A model generated the notes under the pieces. It saw only the letters and a program-made list of their open reading frames with translations, had not been told where the DNA came from and did no database searches. Shown here one piece after another: positions 33,610-46,936 of a DNA stretch of 64,000 bases (position 1 is the stretch's first letter; the number at the start of each line of letters is the position of its first letter). The stretch is from the NCBI GenBank assembly GCA_010093995.1, contig ML992505.1:609392-673391 (forward strand), in the 5' to 3' direction. Made by a program: the position numbers and the translations under genes. Source of the stretch: Elsinoe ampelina (lineage: Eukaryota).

Positions 33610-35604
33610 TCACTTTGCCAGGAAATTCTGGAATGCTTTTTGGTCAATCACCACGTTGCCAACAGCTCTCAGCTTCTTCCTACCCTCCTTCTGCTTCTCC
33701 AAGAGCTTCCTTCGTCTGCTGATATCACTAGCGTGCAGCTTGGCTAGTACATCTTTCCTGAATGGCTTGATCGTCTCCCTCGCCACCACCTTACGAGCAG
33801 CCACTGCTTGAATAACAATCTCAAACATCTGCCGGTCAACATGCTCCTTGAATTTTTTAACCCAGTCTTTTCCGATTCTGTCCACCTGACTGACGTGTAC
33901 GATGCGAGATACAGCGTCTACCGGCTCCTTGTTGACGTGTAGCTGCAGCTTTTGGACGTTGCCTTTCCGCCAGCCAGCATCTTCGTAGTCGAGGGAGGCA
34001 TATCCTTTGGTCGCGCCTTTGAGCTTTCCGAAGAAGTCGTCTACCAGTTGAGCAAGCGGCACGTAGTACTTGAGGATGACCTGTGTGGCAGTGAAGAAGG
34101 TGATCTCTTTTTGTTCTCCGCGGTTGCCTTCACAGAGCTCGATGACTTTGCCGAGGTACTCTTCAGGCATTGTCACAGTAGCGAGAACATACGGTTCTTG
34201 GACTTCGGTCACCTGTTGATGGATGGCGGCATTGTCAGGAAAGTCGTTTGGATTCGAGATGACACGCTCAGCTCCAGACGACTCGACGATCTTGTAAGGT
34301 ACAGAAGGAGGAGTGATGATGATTGTGGCACCGTGTTCTTGTCGCAGGCGGTCCTCAAAGACGGAGCAGTGAAGGGTGCCCAGGAACCCAAGTCGCCATC
34401 CAGCTCCTAAAGCTTCTGACGATTCTTTCTGGACTGTCACACTTCGATCGTTCAGCATGACCTGGTTGATGCTGTCCTCAAGATGCTCATAGTCTCCCTG
34501 ATCAGTTGGAAACGCGGCGACGAAGACCATTGATTTGGGCTCCTCAAAACCAGGTAGAGGTTCGACCATCTTTTCTTGCCCGACTCTGGTATATGTATCA
34601 CCAACTTTGGCTTCTTGTGAGCGTTTCATACCAGGGTTGAAGTAGATGTAGCCGACTTGTCCAGCTCGGAGGATAGTCTGAGGTGTCTCCAGTGGGTACA
34701 TGATGCCAACCTCGCCGACATAGTACTTGAGACCCGTGGCGAATGACACAATCTGATCTCCAGCTTTCACTTGTCCCTCAAAGATTCGTACCAACAAGAT
34801 CACTCCTCGGTAGTTATCGTACCACGAGTCGACTAGAAGCAGCTTCAATGGTTGTGTCGAGTCGCCCACCGGTGCTGGAATCTGCTCGATAATAGATGGC
34901 AGCAGGGATTCGACATTCAATCCCGACTTTGCTGATACCAGGACTGCCTTCTCTGGGTCCAGCTCAAAAGTATCCCTCATTTGTTCCAATGCTCTTTCCG
35001 AGTCGGCTGAAGGGAGGTCGATCTTGTTGATGACCGGAACCAGGGTCAACCCTTGCGCGAATGCCAGGTAGAAGTTTGCGACCGTCTGAGCCTGTACACC
35101 TTGACTCGCATCCACAAGCAACAAAGCTCCACCACAGCTAGCATAACTTCTCGAGACCTCTGCACGGAAGTCTACATGACCGGGAGTGTCGACCAAATGC
35201 AGCAGGTAGTCCTCGCCTTTGTGATTCCAAACCATGCTGCATGTTTGCGCCTTGACAGTAATGCCTCGTTCGCGCTCAACATCCAGCTTGTCGAGGATCT
35301 GTTTGTTTTGGCCTTTCTTGATCGTACCTGTCAACTCCAGTAGGCGATCGCTGAGTGTGCTTTTGCCATGATCGACATGCGCGACGATGCAGAAATTACG
35401 AAAGCGCTCGATTGGTATCTTGTCTATGCGCTGTTCGAGTTCGGACTGAATTCGAGGAGCCGCAAGCCGAACCGCGGAAGACTGGAAAGGTCGTCCATGT
35501 TGGGAACGGGATGGCGACCAGAATGGTGTTGCGTGTATCCAAAGTCGCTTTGCTGCAGACAGCTGACCAGAAAGTCTACCGAGATGTCCGTAACATGATT
35601 GCAT
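33610..35604 (-). CDS. GUF1: Mitochondrial translation factor GUF1/LepA (EF-4)
   Basis: [28 protein letters not shown] and Lep[15 protein letters not shown]. Confidence 0.97.
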   Translation of the reverse strand: MQSCYGHLGRLSGQLSAAKRLWIHATPFWSPSRSQHGRPFQSSAVRLAAPRIQSELEQRIDKIPIERFRNFCIVAHVDHGKSTLSDRLLELTGTIKKGQNKQILDKLDVERERGITVKAQTCSMVWNHKGEDYLLHLVDTPGHVDFRAEVSRSYASCGGALLLVDASQGVQAQTVANFYLAFAQGLTLVPVINKIDLPSADSERALEQMRDTFELDPEKAVLVSAKSGLNVESLLPSIIEQIPAPVGDSTQPLKLLLVDSWYDNYRGVILLVRIFEGQVKAGDQIVSFATGLKYYVGEVGIMYPLETPQTILRAGQVGYIYFNPGMKRSQEAKVGDTYTRVGQEKMVEPLPGFEEPKSMVFVAAFPTDQGDYEHLEDSINQVMLNDRSVTVQKESSEALGAGWRLGFLGTLHCSVFEDRLRQEHGATIIITPPSVPYKIVESSGAERVISNPNDFPDNAAIHQQVTEVQEPYVLATVTMPEEYLGKVIELCEGNRGEQKEITFFTATQVILKYYVPLAQLVDDFFGKLKGATKGYASLDYEDAGWRKGNVQKLQLHVNKEPVDAVSRIVHVSQVDRIGKDWVKKFKEHVDRQMFEIVIQAVAARKVVARETIKPFRKDVLAKLHASDISRRRKLLEKQKEGRKKLRAVGNVVIDQKAFQNFLAK

Positions 35605-35850
35605 GGATCGACGAGTGCCGTGTTATCATCGCTCGAGAAGAGAAAGACCGAGGATCAAAATCTTGAAGCTATCCGAAATTGCCAAGACATGGAAGTGCGG
35701 CGAACCCTCGGAGGTAAACAGATCGTCCTACTTGTACTACACCTCACATTTCATTTTCTTCTATTCTACCTTCATTGGTCTATTCGACGAGTCGCTGGGT
35801 CAATATTGCCTTCTGTGTTTGTCATTGAGAGCTGTTCCTCACTCGCAAGC

Positions 35851-36920
35851 ATGCCTTCGGAGAAGGACAAGGAGAAGGCAAGCACCCACAAACTTGCATT
35901 GAAAGGTGAGCATGGTATGATACATGCTGCTATTTTTGTACTGATGAGTCCTAGGGTCGTCGAAGCTGGTGACTGAATTTGTATGCATCTCTTCTACAGC
36001 AGAACATCATGATATGCTAACCGAGCTAGTTCGAGTACTGCATAAACACTATATTGTATGGACTTTTCTGGTTCAGAGGAATATATGATGCTCATTATAA
36101 CAGGTTCCAGAGAGGCGTGTATCCACCGGAAGACTTTACAGCGTACGCCAAAGTAAATGGCATTTTGCAGAGAACGTACGCTTACAAGCATTAGAGTCAA
36201 GAAATATGGATTGAACATGCTCGGTGGGTAGCCATTGAGGCTCAATGGTACCAGAGCTGACCATGTGTCGTAGTCTCGCAAGATGACCAAGTCAAGGCAT
36301 ACATCAAGAAGATCATGTCACAGCTGAACAAGTGGATGTCAAGATCAAAGATATCAAAGCTTGTGATTGTCATTACCAGCAAAGAGACTGGGGAGCCCGT
36401 CGAACGATGGCAATTCGATGTCAGTCTTGTCCATTGCTCGTTCGACCATGACTGATTGTTCACAGGTCCAAATATTCGGCAAGGACTCGAAGAGCAAAAA
36501 GGCTTCTGGTCCCTCGGGCGACGAGAACAAAGCTGAGGCGTAAGTTGCACAGAGTTTGTCCTGCAGGAATCTTGTTGACTTTGAGACAGAGCATCAGAAG
36601 CACCGACAGAAAAAGCAGATCCAGAAATCCAGGCCGAGATTCAATCAGTCTTTCGACAGATTACAGCTTCGGTCACGTTCCTACCCATGTTGGACGGCAA
36701 CTGCACCTTCAACGTTTTGGTGTATGCAGACGCGGACTCTGATGTTCCCCTAGAGTGGGGTGACAGTGATGCAAAAGAAATCCAGAACGGTGAAAAGGTA
36801 CAGCTCCGAAGCTTCTCGACCAACAATCACCGGGTGGATACCTTGGTCAGCTACAGGTATTTGAGTAGCAATCACGGACTTGATGGCGACATGACTGAAT
36901 TTGACAGATTGGGCGAATGA
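35851..36920 (+). CDS. MAD2: Spindle checkpoint HORMA protein Mad2, 9 exons / 8 introns
   Basis: Spliced product [71 protein letters not shown]. Confidence 0.93.
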
Positions 36921-39774
36921 GCGAGTCAAGCTTCGTTGTGCGACAACAGCACTGCATACATAGCAGAGACATGGCTGCAGTGATCGAGTGCACGTCTGTG
37001 TGTACTGTAAAGACACCAGGGCTGAGACTGGACCTATCCAAATGATATCAACGGAAGGGCCGACAAGCAGTGATACCCAACAGATCAGGAATGGCGTCAG
37101 AAGGGAGTCAGGAGAATATCAGTCAAGGAGAAAGAGCGCCACAATCATGAGACATCGACCACGTTGATCACCGAAAAGGGAACATGCAGACATGCACGCT
37201 TTGTGGCTGATTCATTGTCAAGGTTGCAAGCTGGCATCGATAGGGGTGCGACTACAGGAAGAAGTTCATGCAGCAATATCAAACAAATCGATAGCTTGAA
37301 TTCTGCCGGCATCTAGTGGTGCAAGTGCTGCTGTAGCTGCAGCCCAAAGCCAGAAGAGCCTCTTCGAATCGGGCGCCAGCAGGAATCCTGGGAATCTTGG
37401 GACGGCAAACGAGCCGCAGCCGAGTCGACAAACTCTCACACACGCCAGCACCACCTCGCGCATCATCATTTCCGTTGGCAGAATAATAGGTTTGGTGTCA
37501 AGCTCCTTGATCAAGCACGAGCTGACATGGAAGCCCCGTCGCGGTGGAGCTGGAACCGTTGTAGCCAAGGCTCGTTGCATGCAGGACACAGGGACTGACT
37601 TCAATGCCAGCCACCGGAGAAGACACCGGGGGCGATGGGATACGGACGTGTCATTGCTGTGCATGGGACACGAGGCCAGAATGTGCTGGCCAAGCACATT
37701 TTGGTACTTTGTGTAACATGTTCGCAGGTGACACGAGATAAACCTAGGGCCGGCAATAATTCTACCACATGGAGGATCGAGATATGAAGCCGTGCGAGCC
37801 GCGGGGCTTCAATACGACCATGGTTTGGATAGTCGTTTGGTAGTTCACCCAATCCCTTCTCAACGCTGGCCGTCATCCCGTGCAAGCCCACCCCTTGGTT
37901 GCGTTCAGGTCCAGGATCCTCCCAACGCACCTCTACGGGCGCGTCAGTCCCACTCCTGCACGTTTCATGCACGTCTATCTGAAGCCAAACCGGAAAGCGA
38001 AAAGCGTGGCTGCAGTCGGATGCACTCGCCTGCACTTGACAGGGCGCCACTTACACTTTGACACTTGAGCAAAAAGCCAATCCCGAAGAGCCGCGACCGG
38101 AATAGGCAAGCGCGGAGAACGACAAGCCGTGTTTTGTACCTTTTGGAAAGACGCTATCGATCAAGTTCATCTCGCAGATGTGGTCGAAAAATTAATTGCC
38201 CGACGTGGTGGTTGTCTACTATCTTGCTCGAGCGTGGGACTGCGAGGTGGTGGTGGTGGCTGCTCAAACGGTATTCTTGTCTCCTATACCGAGACACGAC
38301 CGACGCGCTGAACTGGTCTTCCTCACCCGTTGGCAAGCGAGGCGAATGCACGAGCAGTACGGTCGTTCTTGCAGGTCGGGCAGGACCGAGGTCAGCCGCA
38401 TACTGTTGTTCGTAGCATCCTCTATCTCAACCTTTCCCGAGTGTCCGGTACTAGACTAGCAGGAGTGACAATCTTGCTCTCGACTAGTACGCTAGCGTTT
38501 GAGAGGACATGGTCTATCACTGACACCAGATACCATGCTGATGATCAAGCTTTCCCAATCATTCCCGTAGACCTTTGCATAGCATGAGCAGTGACCACGG
38601 GGTGAATGCTCAAGCTTTGGACCCACGTGGTCAGTCATGGTGCCATTCCGCAACGACGGGACATACGAGAAGCTGTACCATCAGGTTGGCCAAAGCAAGC
38701 GAGAACGGAAGCAGGAGACGACAATCTTCTCCCTCATGGCGTCGTCAATGCTCGGGAATAGGAGACGGTGAACCTGTTCGGCGGTCAAGAATAGTCAGCC
38801 ACGAGCAGATCAGTCCATAGTCCAAAAAGGTGAAGCTGAAGAACGCGTCGCGTTGTGCCTGTCCATTATTCATCCCGCGTGTCGTCAATTGATGCATTCG
38901 ATTTCAGCCGACGGATGTTGTCGAAACCTCTGCCCGCACTGGTGATCGGGCAGGCGGTCGACCTGTCAGCCTGTCACTGAAAAATCATGGCAACGGTCTT
39001 TCCTGCAGGTCCCGTCCATCAAATCAGCACCGACCGAGACAACAGACGGGCGAAGAAGCGTTGAGCCGGGCTACAGTCCAGCTTGCCTTGGAAAACCTGA
39101 CCCAGCGCAGCGCATCATCCCGCGGCTATTGTCTTCCTGGACCTTTTGATTTCTCTCTTGCAGCTATCTCATGCAGCTACTCCTGCTAGCGCCACCTCTC
39201 ATCTCGAATCCGGTCGAGCAGGGATCACGCATTCGGGCAATAGGGTATCTTTCCTTGGACCGTTTTTGGAACACGCAAATCGCTCGCTGCGATCCAGCCG
39301 GTATGCTTGAACTGACACTCGCTCGACCGTGGCGCTCGCTGTCGTTTTTGGGGGGCCAGTCGAGAAAAACGGGCGGGATCTAGCTCACACAATTCCACTC
39401 GATAGACTGGTGTGTCTGTCCCATATAGACGGCGGCCGTTGCGTCTTGTCACGGTCAAGTTTTACACTCTCTATTCATTTCTGATCACTTTCCACTCGCT
39501 CTCACCTGTCTGTCTCTGTTCAGATACCTTTTGCAGACAAGGTCAAGAGGTCACAGTCCTCGATCCTTTCGTTATATCATAACAGCATTTGTTGGACAAA
39601 GACTGTCACCGAGCATAATTTACCCAGTATATCGATCAATTCCGTCCAGACCAGACCGCCAACGGTTCTGTTACCCACCACGACAGCGGGCTGCCAGAGG
39701 GCCGGCAACTCGATTTCAAGTCCTATACCTCTGCCCTCTCCAGAAACTCTGTCAAGCTCGACAATCACATCGCC

Positions 39775-42548
39775 ATGAGTTTCATCAAGAACTACTTTGC
39801 TCCGGCAGAGAGCAAGAAGATTGTCCAGGACCGCAGATCGAGATTCATTCCTGCTGGAGACATACCGCCTATCCCCTCGACACCACCTTCAGACAGCGAG
39901 AATGAGAAGCAGCTCGATTCACCTCAGACCAGAGTACCTTCCGGCTTTAATACGCCTGGAGGTCCTTCGCCATGGGCTTCAAGACCGGCTTCCATGTACC
40001 CGGCTGGTGATTTCCGCAACAACGACAAGGATGAGTTGAGGGATATCAAGTGCGATGTCATGGTCAATTGGCTGTATCAGCAGCAGATGGAGATGTTGTG
40101 GACTGCTGGTGCGGCCGACGAGGGTGTGGTTCTCAAGAAGACGAGAGGCATGTACACTTGTTGTCCGGCAGATATCATGGAAGAGCCTTTTGGGTTCTTC
40201 AAGGCCATTGAGATGCTCAACGTCAGGGTGAGTAGAGTCATGATTTCTTGACTGATAGCTGCTAACAAAGCTCCCAGTCCGCCATGACTGTCAACACCCG
40301 TGTCATTAAGCTCTTCCTCCACAACAACGACAAGCCGTTCGTCCCGCTCAAAGGTGGTCTCCGCCTTCAAGTTCTTCCAGACATGACCTACCTCCCCAGA
40401 TGTCAAAAGCATCAGTTCGCCGCTTTCATCGCCGACAGAGGTATCCTGGTAGTCTGGGACGATGAGCCTCGCCACTTGCTCAACCGCGCCGAGAACATCG
40501 AGAAGGCTCTCATGGAGATGATCTGGGGTGAGGGTGGTGAGTCTGACGACGACGACGAGAAGGGAGCTGGTGTCGATGTCGAAGAGGTCGACAGCGATGA
40601 CGGTGATGGAGTTGAGCGTGCTGATCCTCGCCGCCCCCGCCGTCCCGTACTCATTATGCCTTTCATGACCGCCTGCACTCTTTGTCTCACCGTCACTGCT
40701 ATCGGAGCTGGTTACCGCAACGTCGCTCTCGAAATCGCCGTCGACGGCAACTATCTCCGCCTGCTCTTCCTGCTCGTCATTCCCGCCCAGGTCTGGCTCG
40801 GTCTCTTCTTCTTCCAGGCTCTTGTCGGTAACATTGCACAACTCATCGGTCCCATCTCGCAAATGAACGCCAATACAAGGTACTACTCTGGTATTGCGCC
40901 CAAGCGACTCACTCACGACTACGGTGATCTCCCTCACGTCACGATTCAAATGCCCGTCTACAAGGAAGGTCTTACTGCTGTCATTGAGCCCACGATTCAC
41001 TCCATCAAGGCTGCCATCTCTACCTACGAAATGCAGGGTGGTTCCGCCAACATTTTCATCAACGACGATGGTATGCAGCTGATCACCGAGGAAGAAGCCC
41101 GCGCCCGCCAGGATTTCTACGACGAGCACAACATCGGATGGGTCGCTCGTCCAGGTCACGATCCTCAAGGTAAGAAGGGTGAGCCGTTCGTCCGTGCCGG
41201 AAAGTTCAAGAAGGCTTCCAACATGAACTACGCCATGTGGGTGTCTACCCGTATCGAGGACAAGCTTGTCCAGCTCAACCGCCACCAGAACTGGACCCAA
41301 GAAGATGAAGCCGAATCCTACAAGAATGCTCTCATGGAATGTGTCGAGGAAGATCAAGGCCGCACCTGGGCAGATGGCAACATCCGTATGGGCGACTACA
41401 TCCTCATTATCGACTCGGACACCCGTGTGCCCACCGACTGTCTCCTCGACGCTGTCTCCGAAATGGAAACCTCTCCCGAGGTCGCCATCCTCCAATACGC
41501 CTCCGGTGTTATGAACGTCACAGAATCCTTCTTCGAACGCGGCATCACCTTCTTCACCAACCTCGTCTACACCCAGATCAAATTCGCCGTCGCATCCGGT
41601 GACGTTGCCCCCTTCGTCGGCCACAACGCCGTCCTCCGTTGGCAAGCCGTTCAATCCATCGCCTACAATAGCAAAGAGGACGGCCGCGAGATGTGGTGGT
41701 CCGAAGCCACCGTCTCCGAAGACTTCGACATGGCCCTCCGTCTCCAATCCGCCGGCTACCTCGTGCGTCTCGGCGGCTACACCGGCGGCGGCTTCCAAGA
41801 AGGTGTATCCCTTACTGTCTACGACGAACTCGCGCGTTGGGAGAAGTACGCTTTCGGGTGCAACGAACTCATCTTCTTCCCCATCGGACAGTGGTTCAAA
41901 CACGGCGTCTTCACCCAGCTCTTCATCGACTTTCTTAAATCCGGCATGCCCTTTCCCAGTAAATGCACCATCATGGCATACATCGGGACGTACTACGCCT
42001 TGGGCTCCGCCTGGCTGCTCACTTTCCTCAACTACTTCGTCACCGGCCTCCTCAACGGGTATCTGGACAAATACTACCTCGACTCGTTCAAGGTCTACTT
42101 CGCCATCATCATCGTCTTCACCGCGCTGGGCAACGTAGCCCTCGGCATCCTCCGCTACCGCATCGAGGAAATGTCCCTGCTCGAGTCCCTCTGGACAAAC
42201 TTCAAATGGATCCCCCTCCTCACCGTCTTCCTGGGCGGTATCTCGCTGCACGTCTCCCAGGCTTTGTTGTCGCACATGTTCGGCATCGACATGAACTGGG
42301 GCGCGACGGCCAAGGAGGTGGTGAACACGACGTTCTTCGAGGAGGTGCCCAAGATTATGAGCAAGTTCAAGGGTACGTTCATCTTCTGCGTCGTGGCGAG
42401 CGCGGTGATGATCTGTGGACGGTTCGCGGTGCCGGACTTGTGGAAGATTGATCTGTTCATCGCGATTTACCCGTTGGTGACGATCGTGCTGGGCCATTTC
42501 CTGTTGCCGATTGTGTTGAATCCGAACTTGATGTTGTTTACTTTCTAA
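39775..42548 (+). CDS. Fungal membrane glycosyltransferase family 2; one intron (~40228-40277)
   Basis: TIQMPVYKEG, RAGKFKKASNMN, IIDSD, SEDFD and DELARWEKYAFG motifs, with multiple TM helices. Confidence 0.9.
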
Positions 42549-43570
42549 GGAGAGGAAGCAACATCGAATGGTGGTTGGGCAGTGGGTTGGCACGGGGAGA
42601 GGGGAGTTGGGAGGTAATGACTTTACGAAGGAGGGATGGTATGGACACGGGATATGGATGGAGATTCACGCTCTCTTTGGCAGCATTTACTTTCCTTGGG
42701 TTTTAACTCTCTTGTCTGTCCGATACCTTGAAGGGTTTTAGCGGCATATACCATTTGGGCAATGGAATAGACCTGTCTTCGTCCATCTCTTCCCTCTCAA
42801 CTCGTACTCGCCCTCCATCTCCTCCCCATCTCCGCATCCTGCCTATCCTCCCAACCACACTCTCCAGTACCAGGCCTTGACCCTGCCCCCTCAATCCCCT
42901 GTGCCGACCCACTCGCCACTCCCACCCGGACCCCCCTCAATCTCCCCCCACCACACCCCTCCACACCCCTCCACCCCTCACCTCCCCGATCCATCAACCA
43001 CCACCCCTCCCACCCATCTCCCTCCGTGGCAAAACCCCACCGGTCTAGACATCCGCTCACCACCCTGATCTCCATCGAGACGTGGTCGACCGTTACGGCC
43101 CTGCAAAGGCCGTTGGTGTCTGCGTGGGACACCGGTTGTGGACGCTCCAACGGTGTCAATAGAGTTGCGACAGGCTCCCGATTGGGAGGTCGCTGCGAGG
43201 TCTGGAGCTGGGTCCGCGGAGATTGGGTCTGCTTTGGGTCGGGGGGTGTGGGTGGTGTTTGGTTCGGTCGGATTGGAGGAGGGTGGATGGGTTGGTGGTT
43301 CACTTTGTGCTGAGAAGGGGGTGTTGTGCAGGGGTGGTGGACTGGAGGGTGTATGCAGATTGACGACTGGTAGAGATAATCGTCTGCAACCTGCCAGTGA
43401 CGGAGGGAGAGCACAGTCAGATCGCGGGCTGGTGAGCTGAGCCTGGAGGTACATGCCAGGAAAGATATATATACAATGTGCTGTGCCTTTGCAGGCGGTG
43501 TATGCTAGTACGATAGTTGACCGGAACTCCTGACGATGCATTCCTTGAAATGCTGGTATGTCCGCGGCAT

Positions 43571-46500
43571 CTATAAACCCACCAAAGCGCTTGTCAAGCA
43601 GAGCAATGCAAGACTCCACGAGATCACAATCTCTCCTCCTCTTCCCTCTTGTGCCCCCGCTTGACTCTCCCCTTGTCCCTCACCAGCAGGACCCGCCATC
43701 TCCCTCCCCTCTCCCCCGGGCGTGGCCTGCGCCTCCTTCTCCCTCTCCCTCTCCCTCTCCACCTCCTCCCACGCCCTCGCAGTCGCGGGAAACAGCGCCT
43801 CCGTCCTCCTCTCCCCCTTCTCTTCTACGGTCAAGGCGGAAAGATTCCTCGCCATTGCCACCGTCAGCACCGTAACACTCACCTCCGCCAGCTCTCCATC
43901 GACGATCTTACTCGGTGACAAGGAGGAGAATGTCGCTGTCGCGTTGAGACCTGCTGTGAGAGTGATGTTGGCGCCGAGGACGTAGCGGGGGATGTCGCCT
44001 GGTAGAGGCGTGAAGGTCTGACTCGCGAGAGTGAGGAGAGGAGGGAGGGGGGAGGCGGGGTGGATGCCTTGGTGGAGGGGCAGGGCAGAGGTGTAGGTCT
44101 GTCTTTGGTGGGTGAGGAGGAGGGTGTGATCCGGGAGGAGGGCGATGATTGATGGGCCGTGTGGTCCGGTGACGGTGACGGGAGATTTGGGAGCGAGATG
44201 TGTGGAGGAGATGTTGTATCCTCCTCCTATGCTGGGAGGAAGCGGAGTGTAAAAAGTGTTGTCAAGAGTGAGGTGGGGTGGCGCGAAGATGGATGTGCCA
44301 GGGAGGTAAGGGTAGGCCATCGAAGGGCGGGTAAGGGGGACGGAGACGTTATTGATGATAACACTAATGCAGTCGGGTTGAAGGGAGAGGTTGTAGGATG
44401 GTATTGAGGCTTTTCCACCTGGCGTAAGGAAATTGGTTCCTATCAAGTAGGAAGAGCCTGCGTTTGGAATATATACGGTACCGGCGAGAGAGATTTGAGG
44501 TGCGGGCGTGATGAACGAGGAAAGACTGAGTTGCACGCCATTGATCATTGCTGCAGTAGCCTTTGTAGCAAGACCCATCCTCGTCTTGCTTGCCAGGGTC
44601 CAAGTACCCGGAGTGAGCGTGATATCGTCCTGGATACGAATCCGGTATGCAGCATTGGCTGTATACACATCGGAGCCGAGAGGAAGTAGCATCGGTCCCG
44701 AAGACATGTGCTGGCCGGCGATCATCGTCGTCTTGTTGTTGCTAATCATGGCCATCCCTGAAGCACCGAGCGAGACGGTAGTTCCTTGTCCAACGTCTAA
44801 TGGCCCAGCACCAGCTTGGAGCATGCTACCATTGACCGTGTACGCCGACGAAGGCTCAATCATGACCTCCAGACCTTCAATGGTGAGTCTTTCTGATAGC
44901 TTAGGTGTAGGCACTTCTACAAATCGACCGTCGATAAGAAGACCGCCACCTGAAGGGGATGCGCTGATAGTCCTGCCATGCAAAGTGATTGAAGGACCGC
45001 CAGAGACCAGTCTTTGACCTTCCACATAGTATATGGCGTCTCGTGTAGGTAGTAGTAGCGACTCGCCAAGAACCAGTGGCATGGAGCCCAGCATACCCAC
45101 GCTGGTTTCGAATGAAATTGGTTCCAGCCCAGCTGATGGTGGTTCACCAACAGCGTCAGAAGACGATGGCGGGCCGGACTTATCTTGCGATCCTGGTATC
45201 ACTGACGCCGGTATGGCTACCCAGGTGCCACCGATAGGGTCGAAGGCCTGGGCCAAAGCTGGTACTTGCGCAGAGTCTGACTGTACACCCGGAACTGCAG
45301 TCTGAGTAAGCCTGGGTGGATTCGGTCTATCGTTGCTTGGGTTGTTGGAGCCTGGAGTACCAGAATGTTCTTGGGGCAGAAAATCGGGTGCATCATCTCC
45401 TGGTTGACCAGACCCTTGATTTGACTGCCATGAACCACTTCCAATACCTGCGGCGATGAGGCCTCCTACGCCTACGTCGTTTGCATCGTCCGAGGGCCCC
45501 ACTTCAGACATGTTTGGGTCTACTGGACCTGTGTCGGCCAGACTGGAGAAGACTGGTACGGCGAACGAAGAAGCTGTCACACCTTTCATCACTGCTGTGG
45601 CTGGCGGAGGCGGCCTGCGCGGCTGAGATGAAATCGGTCTGGGAACGAATACCTGGCCATCAATAACATTGACAAATGGTGGTGGGGTCATGACAGCGAC
45701 AGGCTTGCTGAATGTGGTAGAAGATCCACCAATGACTGCCGTCATTTGAGGTCCTCCGTTGCCTGCATCTTCCGTTGGCATAGCGGGAACGTCGACTGGT
45801 AGGCGGGGGTTCTTGTCCGGTTCCCATGGTAGTTCAATCTCTTCCGAGCCCACTTCAATCCAAGGAGACGACTCATTGAACGCGACCAGAAGCTCATTGT
45901 ATTTGGGCACAACGAGAGTCGGAACAGCCGTGAAGACAAATTGCTCAGCGTTCACGTATCGCAGACTTGTCACGATTGATAGTGGTAGCTCACTGACGAC
46001 TTCACTGATGCTGTCAAGTTGCCCATGGTTCTCCCAGAGGAAAGTTGCTGGTGTCGCCAAGCTTATAGCTTCTGTGGTAGTGGTACACGTAGGCCGAGCA
46101 TCTCTGTCCGTCGTGGTCGAGGCTCGAACGATTTCGTAATGTGTAAACCAAACTACATGAGAGCCTGTATAAATGAATCCCAAGCCGTCGAAGGGATCAT
46201 CAAGGTATGGAGTCACTTCCGGTTGCTCCAGTAGAGGTGGGAATCCCGTGCCATGTTTGTCAGAAAATGGCTCTGCATCACGATATACTTTGGGGTTGAA
46301 TTCGAGCATCGTAGTCAGTGGGAGGACGGGTACATTCGTTTTGGGTCGTCGGTATACCTCGGTTACCTGGCCGTTTTCGTCCAGCTCGGTGAGTGCACGA
46401 TAATATGACATCTCCGTCTGCAGATTGAAAGACTCTGTATTTGGTATGACAGTCCATGTGCTGGCTTGCGAGTCGACTTGTACCATTGACGTTATCCATG

Positions 46501-46936
46501 GGAGGATTGTACTGTACCAAGTGACCAGGGTGGCATTTGGAACTTGGAGAGTGGCGCCTTTGCATTTTTCCGAGTAGCTTCCAGTGTCGTTTGGGTGAAC
46601 TGTAGGTAGAGGGGAAAAGACGGTGACTGTGGTGATCTCACAGTACGAGTGGTTCTGTGGGAGCGTGGACATGGAGAGGTTGGCCACACCATGTTGATCT
46701 GCTGTACTGCTTGAGCTCGGATCATATGAGAATGCAGGTACATCTGCGGAAGCTGAAGTCGAGACCACTGGAGCTTCTGGTGTGAATGATACTGTATTAA
46801 AGGTAGAGTCTACCTCGGTTAGTTTCATGTTGAGGTCGTGACATTCTTGCTCACTAGAAGTGTAAGAAACACGGCGTTCCACGGCACGAACAAGGCTGGC
46901 GAGGCCAAGTCCGATCAATGCTTTTTTCAAGCCCAT
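43571..46936 (-). CDS. Large secreted Ser/Thr/Pro-rich, probably GPI-anchored surface protein
   Basis: Signal-like MGLKKALIGLGLASLVRA, repeated TLTPG/ISL.GT-type segments, hydrophobic C-terminus ISWSLALLCLTSALVGL. Confidence 0.7.
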   Translation of the reverse strand: MGLKKALIGLGLASLVRAVERRVSYTSSEQECHDLNMKLTEVDSTFNTVSFTPEAPVVSTSASADVPAFSYDPSSSSTADQHGVANLSMSTLPQNHSYCEITTVTVFSPLPTVHPNDTGSYSEKCKGATLQVPNATLVTWYSTILPWITSMVQVDSQASTWTVIPNTESFNLQTEMSYYRALTELDENGQVTEVYRRPKTNVPVLPLTTMLEFNPKVYRDAEPFSDKHGTGFPPLLEQPEVTPYLDDPFDGLGFIYTGSHVVWFTHYEIVRASTTTDRDARPTCTTTTEAISLATPATFLWENHGQLDSISEVVSELPLSIVTSLRYVNAEQFVFTAVPTLVVPKYNELLVAFNESSPWIEVGSEEIELPWEPDKNPRLPVDVPAMPTEDAGNGGPQMTAVIGGSSTTFSKPVAVMTPPPFVNVIDGQVFVPRPISSQPRRPPPPATAVMKGVTASSFAVPVFSSLADTGPVDPNMSEVGPSDDANDVGVGGLIAAGIGSGSWQSNQGSGQPGDDAPDFLPQEHSGTPGSNNPSNDRPNPPRLTQTAVPGVQSDSAQVPALAQAFDPIGGTWVAIPASVIPGSQDKSGPPSSSDAVGEPPSAGLEPISFETSVGMLGSMPLVLGESLLLPTRDAIYYVEGQRLVSGGPSITLHGRTISASPSGGGLLIDGRFVEVPTPKLSERLTIEGLEVMIEPSSAYTVNGSMLQAGAGPLDVGQGTTVSLGASGMAMISNNKTTMIAGQHMSSGPMLLPLGSDVYTANAAYRIRIQDDITLTPGTWTLASKTRMGLATKATAAMINGVQLSLSSFITPAPQISLAGTVYIPNAGSSYLIGTNFLTPGGKASIPSYNLSLQPDCISVIINNVSVPLTRPSMAYPYLPGTSIFAPPHLTLDNTFYTPLPPSIGGGYNISSTHLAPKSPVTVTGPHGPSIIALLPDHTLLLTHQRQTYTSALPLHQGIHPASPLPPLLTLASQTFTPLPGDIPRYVLGANITLTAGLNATATFSSLSPSKIVDGELAEVSVTVLTVAMARNLSALTVEEKGERRTEALFPATARAWEEVEREREREKEAQATPGGEGREMAGPAGEGQGESQAGAQEGRGGEIVISWSLALLCLTSALVGL

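Noticed and set aside
36921..39774. Short ORFs in the 2.85-kb region upstream of the GT2 gene
   Set aside because: No motifs or coding bias; more likely a long promoter/5' UTR.
40077..42593. 838-aa antisense ORF (also 13942-15060, 5469-6452, 10681-11400, 63041-63676)
   Set aside because: Shadow ORFs opposite well-supported genes, explained by biased codon usage that removes antisense stops.
42703..43619. Pro/Gly-rich ORFs between the GT2 and the surface-protein gene
   Set aside because: Low-complexity products of the skew tract with no recognisable domain; a decayed gene cannot be excluded.
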